This document shows positions 16,920-26,042 of a DNA stretch of 64,000 nucleotides, piece after piece. Location: contig CALRGE010000004.1 in NCBI GenBank assembly GCA_943357175.1, positions 36,420 to 100,419 of the forward strand, in the 5' to 3' direction. How positions within the stretch are numbered: the stretch's first letter is position 1; every line of letters starts with the position of its first letter. The position numbers were made by a program, and so were the translations under genes. Under the pieces are notes generated by a model that saw only the letters and a program-made list of their open reading frames with translations, searched no databases and was not told the origin of the DNA. The stretch is from Candidatus Peribacteria bacterium (GTDB taxonomy: Bacteria; Patescibacteriota; Gracilibacteria; UBA1369; 2-02-FULL-48-14).

Positions 16920-19032
16920 AAAAAATAAGCCGAGAATAGCACTTTTAGTTGATGCTTGGTTTCCTCTTTTCGGAGGTGGGCAAGTTCACGTTGCGGAGGT
17001 TTCTAGAGCTTTAATTGAAAGTCATAATTATGAAATCGACATCATCACAAGAGCAATAAAAGGCAGACTCACGCATCACGAAAAAAGCCTTACAGACTCG
17101 ACATTGCTACATGTTAAGGAGTTGGGATGGAAGTCTACATTTGGAAATCCATTTATGAGAATTTGGTATATGATTGCCAGTTTTTTTGTATTAATTCATG
17201 CACATTTTTTTGGCAAGAAATATGATCTTTATCATTCACATGCAGTTTCAAGTTCTGTTCCAATGAAACTTGCTTCCTTGATAACCGGAGTGCCTGCGGT
17301 TTTGACAGTTCATGGAACAACTATTTTTCAAAAAGGATTTTCTGTGAAAAAGTTGATTGAAAGAGTGACGCTTTTGGAGACAAGATATGCAAGAGAAATA
17401 AGTGTGGCAGAGAATTTTTTGAAAGCGGAAAATGTTAATAAAAATGTTGCCATCATTCCAAATGGAATTAGATTAGATAATTTTGATGCTGTTCCCGATC
17501 AAAAAACCGATACAACTTTTGATGCGATTTTCGTTGGAAGACTTGATCACATAAAAGGAATAGATGTGCTTATTGCAGCTGTAAAAAAAGTTATTGAATC
17601 AAATGAATTTATTCAGTCACACAAAGATTTTTTGCTGCATATCGTTGGTGAAGGAGAAGAAGAAAAATCTCTGAAAAAAATGTGTGAAAAATTGGAATTG
17701 GGCAAGTATGTAAAATTTCATGGAAAGGTTTCTGGTGATGCACTCGTTCAACTTTATAAGAATTCAGATTTATTTGTTTTGCCGTCACGTTCAGAGGGTT
17801 TTCCGCTTACTTTGCTAGAAGCAAGCGCAGCTAAATTACCAGTTTTAGCGACGAATGTTGGTGATAATAAAAAACTTGTTATTGAAAAAGTAAATGGACA
17901 CTTGGTTGCACCTGAAGATGTTGAGGAACTTGCATATTACTTAGAGCATTTTGCATTAAATCCAGGCTTAAGACACATGGGTGAAAATGGCTATGAGCTT
18001 GTTAAAAATGAATATTCATGGGAAAAAGTTGCAGCGAAAACTGCTGAAATTTACGAGGGGATTTTAAAGACAAAAAATATTGATGGAAAAATGAATTATA
18101 TGCGTTTTCTGTCCATTTTTAATGATGCAAGAATGCCTTGGTTTTTGCCAAGAATTTTAATTGAAAGAAAACTTTATAAAGAGACATACAAGGGTCGATT
18201 GCCATTGAAGTTTTGTTTAACTGTGGATATTGAGCATGCATATGGATCTGCAGATTTGCCTCATGAAATTGACCATGTGTCAGTTTTTTTGGATAGATTT
18301 GGAGATATGTGCAAGACATTGGAAATAAAAAGTACTCTCTTTTGCCAGGCAGATTTAATTGAAACTTTTCAGGAGAAATTGCGTGCAATGGAAGAGAGTG
18401 GCCATGAGATTGGAATTCACGGTTTGCACCATGAACTTTGGGGGCGCGAAAAATGGTTTCTAAAAGATGCATGGGTGCCACCTATTGAAAGGAAAAAATT
18501 ATTGAAAAAGATTCGTGAGATTGTGGATCATTGTGGGCTTAAAGCGGTACGATCCTTTCGTGCACCGAACTTGGTGGTTGATTTAACAACACTGGCTTTA
18601 ATTCGTGAATATGGATTTGAAATTGATTCATCATCGCCTGCAATGCTTGGCCGAAAACCAATGCCAAAATTGAAGGATGGAATTTGTCGCGTACCTGTTA
18701 GTCGAGACCCAATGCCACATATTCAATGGAAATATTTTGTGCCTTTTGGAAATTATATTGTGATGAATTTGTACAATTTTTTGAAGCTTTCTGATGGTGA
18801 AATTTTGATTGCTATAGAACGTTTACGTGAATATCACCGAAAAAATAAGGTGCCTCCGCATATTGTGTTTATGTGCCATAGCTGGGAGTTTCAGTCACGC
18901 GAGGGTATGAAATATCCGAGCGGGGAAAACTTCACAGAAATGTCGAAAAAGATTGCTATGCTTAAAGGCCACATGGATCTTGAATTCATGACGTTAACAG
19001 AGCTTTGCACCTCAATTTATGCCAATCCCTGA
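16894..19032 (+). CDS. fusion protein: N-terminal GT4 glycosyltransferase plus C-terminal CE4 (NodB-type) polysaccharide deacetylase
   Basis: aa 1-390: FGGGQVHV and SRSEGFPLTLLEASAAKLPVLATNVGD (GT4). aa ~430-712: LTVDIEHAYG (the TVD[IV]E variant of the TFDD motif) and GHEIGIHGLHHE (H-x4-H metal motif). Confidence 0.75.
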   Translation: MNMEIRKIEKNKPRIALLVDAWFPLFGGGQVHVAEVSRALIESHNYEIDIITRAIKGRLTHHEKSLTDSTLLHVKELGWKSTFGNPFMRIWYMIASFFVLIHAHFFGKKYDLYHSHAVSSSVPMKLASLITGVPAVLTVHGTTIFQKGFSVKKLIERVTLLETRYAREISVAENFLKAENVNKNVAIIPNGIRLDNFDAVPDQKTDTTFDAIFVGRLDHIKGIDVLIAAVKKVIESNEFIQSHKDFLLHIVGEGEEEKSLKKMCEKLELGKYVKFHGKVSGDALVQLYKNSDLFVLPSRSEGFPLTLLEASAAKLPVLATNVGDNKKLVIEKVNGHLVAPEDVEELAYYLEHFALNPGLRHMGENGYELVKNEYSWEKVAAKTAEIYEGILKTKNIDGKMNYMRFLSIFNDARMPWFLPRILIERKLYKETYKGRLPLKFCLTVDIEHAYGSADLPHEIDHVSVFLDRFGDMCKTLEIKSTLFCQADLIETFQEKLRAMEESGHEIGIHGLHHELWGREKWFLKDAWVPPIERKKLLKKIREIVDHCGLKAVRSFRAPNLVVDLTTLALIREYGFEIDSSSPAMLGRKPMPKLKDGICRVPVSRDPMPHIQWKYFVPFGNYIVMNLYNFLKLSDGEILIAIERLREYHRKNKVPPHIVFMCHSWEFQSREGMKYPSGENFTEMSKKIAMLKGHMDLEFMTLTELCTSIYANP

Positions 19033-20059
19033 TGTAATGCCGGTGTCCGGCTGGCGTGACATTCAATGCTTAATGGTTAAGTCAAAAAACTTTTCCGACT
19101 TTGATGTTGCAGAGAAATTGATGGCCGGAAGAAAATTCAAATATGCTCAAAGTTTTATGCATTTACGAGCCGGAGTAGAATTTCTTTTTGAAAATTTAGA
19201 GATGGAAAGGCGTCGAGTAATTTTTCCAAAATATATTTGTGGCTCAGTTGTTCGTGCAGCAGAGAGAGCAGGAATAAAAGTTAATTACTGTGAGGTGAAT
19301 TCAGAAGGGCATATGGATATTGAAGAACTTAAAAAAATGCCTTTAAAAGATTATGGCGCTGTATTTTTTGTACGCACTTTTGGAAATAAGGGTGAAGTGG
19401 AAAAAATTTCAGAGCTATGTAAAAAAAATAAACTTTTTTTAATTGAGGATTGTGCACATTCTTTGAATCCTGAAAAAACTTTTGGCGATTTTGTTCTATT
19501 TCATTTTGCAAAAAGACTTGCGAATTCACATGGTGGAATTTTAATTTCTGAAGGAATTGATTTTCCTAAGTTAAAAAAGAAAGCATTTTTCTTTGATGGA
19601 TTGATACCTGTTATTTTAAAAATAGGTATCGTGCGTACGATATTAAATTTATATCGTACAACGAAAAAAATGCCGTTCGATAATGATGTAAATAATGATA
19701 AAAAATATTCTATTTTCTCGGCCGCGAGTGAAGGTTCAAAAAGGCTTTTAATGAGAAGGCTACGAATGATTGATAATTGTGAAGATATTTATAGGGCTTA
19801 TTTTGAAAATTTACCCGTCGAATATAGGGCTGTATTAAGTGAGCCTATTTATGATTTTTTTAACTTCCCTATTCTAGTTCCAAAAGATAAAACCCGTGAT
19901 GAAATTTTGGCAAAATTAAGAGTCTTTGGCGTATTTGCAGACAGGATCTGGTATAATTCCTCATGTAGTTTTGCAAAGAGAGTTTTAGTTTTGCCGGTCA
20001 ATAAATTTATGACAGAAAAAGATGTAAAAATGATTTGTAACTTACTTAAAAATGTTTAA
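19019..20059 (+). CDS. divergent DegT/DnrJ/EryC1-fold (PLP-dependent, fold type I) protein
   Basis: LFLIEDCAHSL and FGDFVLFHFAKRLANSHGGILIS align to the ED-A-H and SFxxxK...GGG motifs. The rest is weakly similar. Confidence 0.45.
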   Translation: MPIPDVMPVSGWRDIQCLMVKSKNFSDFDVAEKLMAGRKFKYAQSFMHLRAGVEFLFENLEMERRRVIFPKYICGSVVRAAERAGIKVNYCEVNSEGHMDIEELKKMPLKDYGAVFFVRTFGNKGEVEKISELCKKNKLFLIEDCAHSLNPEKTFGDFVLFHFAKRLANSHGGILISEGIDFPKLKKKAFFFDGLIPVILKIGIVRTILNLYRTTKKMPFDNDVNNDKKYSIFSAASEGSKRLLMRRLRMIDNCEDIYRAYFENLPVEYRAVLSEPIYDFFNFPILVPKDKTRDEILAKLRVFGVFADRIWYNSSCSFAKRVLVLPVNKFMTEKDVKMICNLLKNV

Positions 20060-20891
20060 TCGTGATGAGTGGTCAAAAATTTTGAAAGAAGCATATGATA
20101 TTCGCTCAGAAAAAGTTTGCGGCGTTTGGCTTTATGAAACACGCTCAGGAATGGAAATGAATTTTGTCGGAGACTATATTGAAATGCCAAGCGATAATTT
20201 TTTTGAAAAAACTAATGCAAGTATTCGTGTTGATTCAAAACCAAATCATTGGAATTATGAAGCTGGATTGGAAACTTACAGGTTAAAATGTGATAAAAGT
20301 TTCGATAAAATTTTGAAAGAAGTCATCCATCAAAAAACTAGAAATTTAATTTATAAAGCAGAGAAAAATGGCGTAAGAACAAAAATTGCAGATGATGAAG
20401 AATCACTTTGGATCTTTTATAAAATGTATGTTCGCACCATGTGCGGAATTGGAGCCATTCCCCAAAGTTATGAACTTTTTTCATTGGCAAGAAAAGAATT
20501 TGGAAAAGATTTTATTTTATTCATGAGTGAGTGTGAGGGAAAATATACTTCTGGGATTGTGGCGCTTAGAAATAAGAACCGTTTGCATATTTGGAGTAAT
20601 GGACAAAGCGCGCTTGCACGCGTGACGGCGGGTAATATGAAAACTTATGCTGATCTTATCAAATTTGCCTGTGAAAATAATTTAGAAGTCGATTTTGGAA
20701 ACTGCGAAGAAGGTTCTTCCTTGGCATTTTTCAAATCAAGATTTGGGGCAAAAAAAATCACTATATGGACAGTTCAAAAAGGACAAATTCGACAGGGGAA
20801 AAGAAGTAAAGTACCAGCTAAAATGCTCGCTTTCTTACCTGTTTCCGTGCTATCAATGGCGTCAAGGATTTTATTTAAATATCTTAGATGA
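20052..20891 (+). CDS. FemAB-like / Acetyltransf_6 GNAT-fold acyl(aminoacyl)transferase
   Basis: Pattern KTRNLIYKAEKNGV...FYKMY...G.IVALRNKNRLHIWSNG...NMKTYADLIKFA...FKSRFGAK is typical of FemAB/BioF2-like GNATs. Confidence 0.5.
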   Translation: MFNRDEWSKILKEAYDIRSEKVCGVWLYETRSGMEMNFVGDYIEMPSDNFFEKTNASIRVDSKPNHWNYEAGLETYRLKCDKSFDKILKEVIHQKTRNLIYKAEKNGVRTKIADDEESLWIFYKMYVRTMCGIGAIPQSYELFSLARKEFGKDFILFMSECEGKYTSGIVALRNKNRLHIWSNGQSALARVTAGNMKTYADLIKFACENNLEVDFGNCEEGSSLAFFKSRFGAKKITIWTVQKGQIRQGKRSKVPAKMLAFLPVSVLSMASRILFKYLR

Positions 20892-22033
20892 GCATCAAAG
20901 TTGCCATAATTTGTGCGGACTTGAATCCCAATGATTTGGGTGGGGCTGAAGTGCATATTGTTGAGATTGTAAGAGAGCTTTCAAAAAAAGATTATGAAAT
21001 TCACTTATTTGTTGGGAATGATGATTCTGCAAAGTCACTTTTTAGTGATAAGGTTTTTGTTCATGCGGTGAAATATTGGAAAATCAAAAATTTGAATTCC
21101 ATTTTTTTTAGTCGTGCAGTCTATAAAGAGGTTTTAAATTGCGGAATAAAATTTGATATTATTCATGCAAAACAGGTTTATCCACAGGCAATTGTTGCTG
21201 CAAAATTGAAGAAAAAATTGGGCATTCCTTTGTATGTGACGGTGCAAAATCCTTTTGCTTATAAGGAAGAAATGGTATTGAAAGGAATTTGGGGTTTGAT
21301 TTTTTCACACGGACTTTGGGCTTTGGAATTGCAGATTCGAAATGCGCTGAAAGTGGCAGATATATGTGCATGTGTTAGTTCATATTCGCTTGAAGGAGCA
21401 AAAAAAATGGGCGCAAAAAAATGTGTACTTGTTCCAAATGGGATTGATTTAGAAAAATTTAGACTTTATGAAGGTGAAAGAAATAAATTTGAAATAACAA
21501 CAACTTCAACCTTAATTCCACGTAATGGAATTGATCTTCTAATCGAGGCCATGCCGGCTGTTTTGCTAAAATTTCCTGAGGCAAAATTGAAAATTGCAGG
21601 TGAAGGGCCGATGGAACAGTCACTCAAAGCTAGAATAAAAGATTTAAAAATTGAGGAGAATGTGGAATTTTTAGGCACGCTTAGGCATGAAGCCATTCCG
21701 GAATTAGTGAAGAAATCTCATGTTTTTGTTAGGCCATCTCGATTTGAAGGATTCGGCGTTTCTTTTATTGAAGCGATGGCCCTTGGAACTCCTGTAATCA
21801 CCTGCCCGGTTGGAGGAATTGTCGATTTTTTAACTAATGGCGAGACCGGATTTCTTGTTCCGAGCGAAAATGTAGCTGAACTTTCAAATGCTATTATTCG
21901 AGTTTTTGAGAAGCCGGAAGAAATGAAAATTATTACAGCTAATGCTCGAAAATTGGTGGAAGAAAGATATGACTGGCAGAATATTGCTAAGAGCGTTGAG
22001 GAGGCTTATTTAAGTGCAACAACTCTTAAATAA
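20888..22033 (+). CDS. GT4-family glycosyltransferase
   Basis: GGAEVHIVEI, NGID, PSRFEGFGVSFIEAMALGTPVITCPVGG. Confidence 0.8.
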   Translation: MSIKVAIICADLNPNDLGGAEVHIVEIVRELSKKDYEIHLFVGNDDSAKSLFSDKVFVHAVKYWKIKNLNSIFFSRAVYKEVLNCGIKFDIIHAKQVYPQAIVAAKLKKKLGIPLYVTVQNPFAYKEEMVLKGIWGLIFSHGLWALELQIRNALKVADICACVSSYSLEGAKKMGAKKCVLVPNGIDLEKFRLYEGERNKFEITTTSTLIPRNGIDLLIEAMPAVLLKFPEAKLKIAGEGPMEQSLKARIKDLKIEENVEFLGTLRHEAIPELVKKSHVFVRPSRFEGFGVSFIEAMALGTPVITCPVGGIVDFLTNGETGFLVPSENVAELSNAIIRVFEKPEEMKIITANARKLVEERYDWQNIAKSVEEAYLSATTLK

Positions 22034-22353
22034 TCTGAAACGGTTTTAAATCCACCCTTGCCTGCTTTTTCCTCGATCAGTTTTTTATCTTCGAGTGTTA
22101 CTCTGAATCTAATTACTTCTTCTTGTTTTTCTTTATATTCTTTTTCGGCGAGAATTAGATTTGGAAGGTCAATTAAAAGGTTTGCAATGTCTCCATTTAG
22201 AAATGATTGAGCAATATTTGCAGATTCACAGTCAAAATATGTTTCATTTGTATTTATCTTTTTCAAGGAATAAGAATATTTTTTATTATTTAAGGTTACA
22301 AAGTGATTTAAGGAGTTTTTTTGCATATTTTTTATAGAAGATTTTACAGTCAT
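22006..22353 (-). CDS. ribbon-helix-helix antitoxin partner of HicA (HicB-role)
   Basis: C-terminus IRFRVTLEDKKLIEEKAGKGGFKTVSDYLRVVAL is a CopG/RHH motif. Immediately downstream of hicA and overlapping it. Start could be 22353 or 22326. Confidence 0.55.
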   Translation of the reverse strand: MTVKSSIKNMQKNSLNHFVTLNNKKYSYSLKKINTNETYFDCESANIAQSFLNGDIANLLIDLPNLILAEKEYKEKQEEVIRFRVTLEDKKLIEEKAGKGGFKTVSDYLRVVALK

Positions 22354-22531
22354 TATTATGAATAGGAATTATTAGATCTTTTGAAAGCAAGTTGTGTTTG
22401 AATTTTTTATGACTACCCTTTGCTTCGATTTTTTGAAATCCATTTTCCAGAAGCAAAAATTCAATTTCTCTATATTTTAAGCTTTGTGGATAAGCAAAGA
22501 ATTTATTTAAAAGTTTCTCTTTACCTGTCAT
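22286..22531 (-). CDS. hicA: HicA-family mRNA interferase toxin
   Basis: LLLENGFQKIEAKGSHKKFKHN...IIPIHNND matches the HicA consensus (GF.....GSH..f.h.....vP.H). 81 aa. Confidence 0.7.
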   Translation of the reverse strand: MTGKEKLLNKFFAYPQSLKYREIEFLLLENGFQKIEAKGSHKKFKHNLLSKDLIIPIHNNDCKIFYKKYAKKLLKSLCNLK

Positions 22532-22566
22532 ATTGTAGCTATATTATATATTATTAGGGCTACAAT
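22532..22566 (-). promoter_or_regulatory. inverted repeat with embedded TATAAT directly upstream of hicA (candidate autoregulated promoter/operator)
   Basis: ATTGTAGC (22532-22539) and GCTACAAT (22559-22566) flank a 19-nt AT-rich spacer. On the minus strand TATAAT (22543-22548) lies 11 nt before the ATG. Confidence 0.35.
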
Positions 22567-22642
22567 TACAATAGCCAAAGATTTTTTACATCAAAGGTCA
22601 AACAAATTCAAAAAATATTTCGCATTTCCAGATTAAAATTGC

Positions 22643-22664
22643 GTTGTCAGAGTGTTGACAACAG
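22643..22664. repeat. hairpin motif GTTGTCAGAG-N4-GACAACAG, copy 2
   Basis: 18 of 22 positions identical to 13510-13531 with identical spacing. Lies 112 nt upstream of the hicA start in the divergent intergenic region. Confidence 0.6.
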
Positions 22665-22688
22665 TAGATAGAAATTAAGTGAACGGGC

Positions 22689-22717
22689 TTGCTGAGGCCA
22701 TGCTAATCTGGTAGATT
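22689..22717 (+). promoter_or_regulatory. sigma70-like promoter, leaderless geometry
   Basis: TTGCTG (22689-22694), 17 nt, TAGATT (22712-22717), 7 nt, ATG (22725). No SD. Confidence 0.35.
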
Positions 22718-22724
22718 CTTGGCT

Positions 22725-23816
22725 ATGAGAAAAGTTTTCATCACTGGCGGAGCTGGATTCATTGGTTGCAACACTGCAGCTTATTTCAGCAAAAAAGGAG
22801 ATGAAGTCACGATTTTCGATAATTTTTCTAGAGACGGAACAAGAGAGAATGCGGAATGGTTGAGTACAGAGTGTCCAAATGTGAAAGTTATTGAAGGAGA
22901 TATTAGAGATGCTACAGCACTTGAGGCGGCGATGGCTGGCGCTGAAGTTGTTATACATTTGGCTGCACAAGTTGCAGTAACTACTTCTGTTACTGACCCA
23001 AAAAATGATTTTGACGTGAATGCTTTGGGTAGTTTCAATGTTGTTGAGGCTTGTAGGAAATTAAATCCGATGCCGATTGTTTTATATGCTTCCACAAATA
23101 AAGTTTATGGTGGAATGGAAGATGCAAAGATTGTCGAAAGGAACGGGCGATATGCTTACGAGAATTTGACTACAGGTGTTTCTGAAGAACGCGGCTTGGA
23201 CTTTCACTCTCCATACGGTTGTTCGAAAGGCTGTGCTGATCAATACTTCCGTGATTATTTCAGGATTTATGGCTTGAGAACAGTAGTTTTGAGACAGTCA
23301 TGTATTTATGGATATCGTCAGTTTGGTGTTGAAGACCAGGGTTGGGTAGCATGGTTTGCTATTGCTGCAATGTTTGGCAAAGAGTTAACAATTTTTGGTG
23401 ATGGTAAACAGGTTCGAGATGTACTTTTTATTGAAGATTTGGTGAGAGCTTATGACATGGCAGTTGAAAATATTGAAAAGACTGCTGGTCAGGTTTACAA
23501 CATCGGTGGCGGTGTTGATAAAACACTATCTCTTTTGGAATTATTAGATTATTTAGAAAAATTCTTCGAGAAAAAAGTGGAACGAAAATTTACAGATTGG
23601 AGGCCGGGAGATCAGCAGGTTTATATTTCTGATATTAGAAAAGCTAAGATTGAATTTGGATGGGAACCTGCATTTAATCCTGCAGACGGATTGAATAAAT
23701 TGATTGATTGGATCTCTAAAAATGAAAGTTTATTTCAAAATTTTAGCGGAAAGCTTCGCGAACAAAAAAATATTCGACAAGAAAATGAACAACTGGAAAA
23801 ACAAAAAATTGTCTAA
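22725..23816 (+). CDS. CDP-paratose/tyvelose 2-epimerase-like SDR (nucleotide-sugar 2-epimerase)
   Basis: Collinear with RfbE/TyvE as I remember it: ITGGAGFIG, IFDNFSRDGT, STNKVYG, LDFHSPYGCSKGCADQY, DQGWVAWF, GDGKQVRDVLFIEDL. The tracked start at 22719 is a TTG; ATG at 22725 is preferred. Confidence 0.8.
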   Translation: MRKVFITGGAGFIGCNTAAYFSKKGDEVTIFDNFSRDGTRENAEWLSTECPNVKVIEGDIRDATALEAAMAGAEVVIHLAAQVAVTTSVTDPKNDFDVNALGSFNVVEACRKLNPMPIVLYASTNKVYGGMEDAKIVERNGRYAYENLTTGVSEERGLDFHSPYGCSKGCADQYFRDYFRIYGLRTVVLRQSCIYGYRQFGVEDQGWVAWFAIAAMFGKELTIFGDGKQVRDVLFIEDLVRAYDMAVENIEKTAGQVYNIGGGVDKTLSLLELLDYLEKFFEKKVERKFTDWRPGDQQVYISDIRKAKIEFGWEPAFNPADGLNKLIDWISKNESLFQNFSGKLREQKNIRQENEQLEKQKIV

Positions 23817-24924
23817 ATTGACTATTGTAAGCCCTATTTTCCCTCCTGATATTGGAGGACCTGCTTCTTATGTTTATGAGTTAGGACAACGTTTAAAAAG
23901 TGATTTTGATATTACTGTGATTGCTTTTTGTGAAGGCAAGGCAAATTTGATGAAGGGTGTTTCTATACATTCGATTGATCCAAGTCGACATGGATTTTTG
24001 GGTAGACAGTTAAGATTGCTTAGAAACTTGATTAGATTTTCGCGAGATGCTGATTGCATTTATATTCAGGGGCCGGTGGTTGTCGGCTTCATGACATCAT
24101 TTTTTGCGAAGAAGCGTGGAATTAAATCTATGCTGAAATTTGTTGGTGATATTGCTTGGGAAGAGGCTTCAAGAAATGGGAAAACTGATTTAGATTTGAA
24201 TAATTGGCTGGAAATTCCGAAGAAAGATTTAAAGTCTAAAATTTTACAATGGGTACAGAAAAAAAGTTTTAAGAATGTTGATAAAATAATCGTGCCGTCT
24301 GAATATCTGAAGAATTTATTGATGAAATATTATGAAGTACCAGAATCAAAAATTGAAATGATTTATAATGCTTTTGAATATAGAAGTGTAGAGAGTAAAA
24401 AGAGCGAACGTGCATATTCACTGATGTGCGCGGGAAGATTAGAGCGGCATAAAAATGTAGATTTAATTATTGAGGCAATGAAATTACTTCCGGAGAAATA
24501 CACTTTAGATATTTATGGAAATGGATCTGAGAAAGTAAAGTTGCTAGCTATGGCGAAGGAGATTGGTGGACGTGTAAAGTTTTTTGGAAATGTTTCTCAT
24601 GCTGAACTTTCACGTGAAATGGAAAAACATGAAATGTTTATATTATATTCTAGCTATGAAGGCCTTCCTCACGTGATTTTAGAGGCTTTTGCGGCAAGAT
24701 GTCCTATTGTGGCATCAAATATTTTAGGCACGAATGAAGTGGCTATTGATGATGAGAATGCCGTTTTGGCAGAATCAGAAAATCCAAAAAGATTGGCAGA
24801 AGCTATAAGAAATTTGTCATGGGACAAGAAAAGAAGAGAAAGACATTGCATCAATGGTGTCAAGCTACTCAAGACTGAGTTTTCATGGAATACTCATCTA
24901 GAGAAGCTCAAAAAATTGATATGA
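23785..24924 (+). CDS. GT4-family glycosyltransferase
   Basis: PPDIGGPASYVYEL and SSYEGLPHVILEAFAARCPIVASN. Start taken at the ATG at 23785 (MNNWKNKK). The tracked 5' extension overlaps the previous gene. Confidence 0.75.
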   Translation: MNNWKNKKLSKLTIVSPIFPPDIGGPASYVYELGQRLKSDFDITVIAFCEGKANLMKGVSIHSIDPSRHGFLGRQLRLLRNLIRFSRDADCIYIQGPVVVGFMTSFFAKKRGIKSMLKFVGDIAWEEASRNGKTDLDLNNWLEIPKKDLKSKILQWVQKKSFKNVDKIIVPSEYLKNLLMKYYEVPESKIEMIYNAFEYRSVESKKSERAYSLMCAGRLERHKNVDLIIEAMKLLPEKYTLDIYGNGSEKVKLLAMAKEIGGRVKFFGNVSHAELSREMEKHEMFILYSSYEGLPHVILEAFAARCPIVASNILGTNEVAIDDENAVLAESENPKRLAEAIRNLSWDKKRRERHCINGVKLLKTEFSWNTHLEKLKKLI

Positions 24925-26042
24925 AAAAAAATATTTTGATGATTAGTGGCGATAGTGGAATCGCTCATGGCAAGCATAATATTTTTTTCGAAATGCTAAA
25001 GGAGTTTTCAAAGTATTTTGAAAATATAGATATAATTACAGGTTCGAATGGAATAGGTAAAAGTTTTACTATTCATGGCAATGTGCATATTCATCCGAAT
25101 AATTTGAGTAGAGTTTTAAGGGGAGATTTTTTTAGACATCAAGAATTTGCCGTAAATCGCGCGATGAAAATAAATAAAAAATATAAATTAGATTTTGTTA
25201 TTTCACATGTAATTCCACCATTTTTTCCTGGAACCAAAGCTGGAATTAAGATTTCAAGCAAGCTTGGGATTCCACACTATGCTGAAGTAATGCATATTCC
25301 AGGATATCCAAAAGCGAGTGGAGGGCGTGAATTTTTGGAAAAGAAAATTATGGGAAATTTCTTGAAGAGAAATTGGCAGCAATTTGATAAAATTCGTATT
25401 ATTAATTCTGGGGAGACTAAAAAGTTTATTTTAGATTTAGGAGTTTTAGAGAATAAATTAATTTATATTTCTGCTTTTTATATTAATTTTGAAATTTTCA
25501 AAGCAAGAAAAATTAAGCGTAATCCTGCGCAGTTTGTTTACTCCGGACGCTTTGAAACGAATAAAAATATATTTGCATTACTTGATGCTTTTAAGAAAAT
25601 TTCGGCTAAATTTCCTGATGCAAAATTGAAAATGATTGGCGATGGTACACTGCTAAATAAGGTAAAAAAAATAAGCAAAAATTTGAATGTTGAAGTTCTG
25701 GGTTGGCTTCCGGAACATGAAGATTTGGCCAAAATTTATTGCGAATCTGCTGCTTTGATAATGCCATCTTTCTCCGAAGGCGGCCCGAGAGTGACACTTG
25801 AAGCAATGGCTTGTGAAACACCAGTTTTATCAACTCCAGTTGGAATAATGAAGGAAGTGATGAATAAGAACAATTCGATTGAGATTGGATGGACTGCCGA
25901 GGAGATTGCAGAAAAAATGGAGATCGTTATAAATGAGCCAGAAAAGATGAGAGAAATCGGGGAGGCCGGGGCAAAGTCGGTGCAAATATTTGAGTTTAAG
26001 AAAGCAATTAAAAATTATGCTGAAACTTACTTGAGTCTATGA
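24921..26042 (+). CDS. GT4-family glycosyltransferase
   Basis: PSFSEGGPRVTLEAMACETPVLSTPVG. ATGA overlap with the upstream stop when started at Met13 (24921). Confidence 0.75.
   Translation: MKKNILMISGDSGIAHGKHNIFFEMLKEFSKYFENIDIITGSNGIGKSFTIHGNVHIHPNNLSRVLRGDFFRHQEFAVNRAMKINKKYKLDFVISHVIPPFFPGTKAGIKISSKLGIPHYAEVMHIPGYPKASGGREFLEKKIMGNFLKRNWQQFDKIRIINSGETKKFILDLGVLENKLIYISAFYINFEIFKARKIKRNPAQFVYSGRFETNKNIFALLDAFKKISAKFPDAKLKMIGDGTLLNKVKKISKNLNVEVLGWLPEHEDLAKIYCESAALIMPSFSEGGPRVTLEAMACETPVLSTPVGIMKEVMNKNNSIEIGWTAEEIAEKMEIVINEPEKMREIGEAGAKSVQIFEFKKAIKNYAETYLSL

Noticed and set aside
19019-20059. The divergent DegT-fold gene as a pseudogene.
   Set aside because: The ORF is intact at 346 aa, keeps the Lys-containing motif, and has tight overlaps with both neighbours. 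There is no frameshift or internal stop, so it is kept as a CDS with low functional confidence.
22647-23095. Minus-strand ORFs of 107 and 104 aa opposite the 2-epimerase-like gene.
   Set aside because: They are antisense to a gene with strong collinear similarity to RfbE/TyvE, and I recognise no motifs in them.
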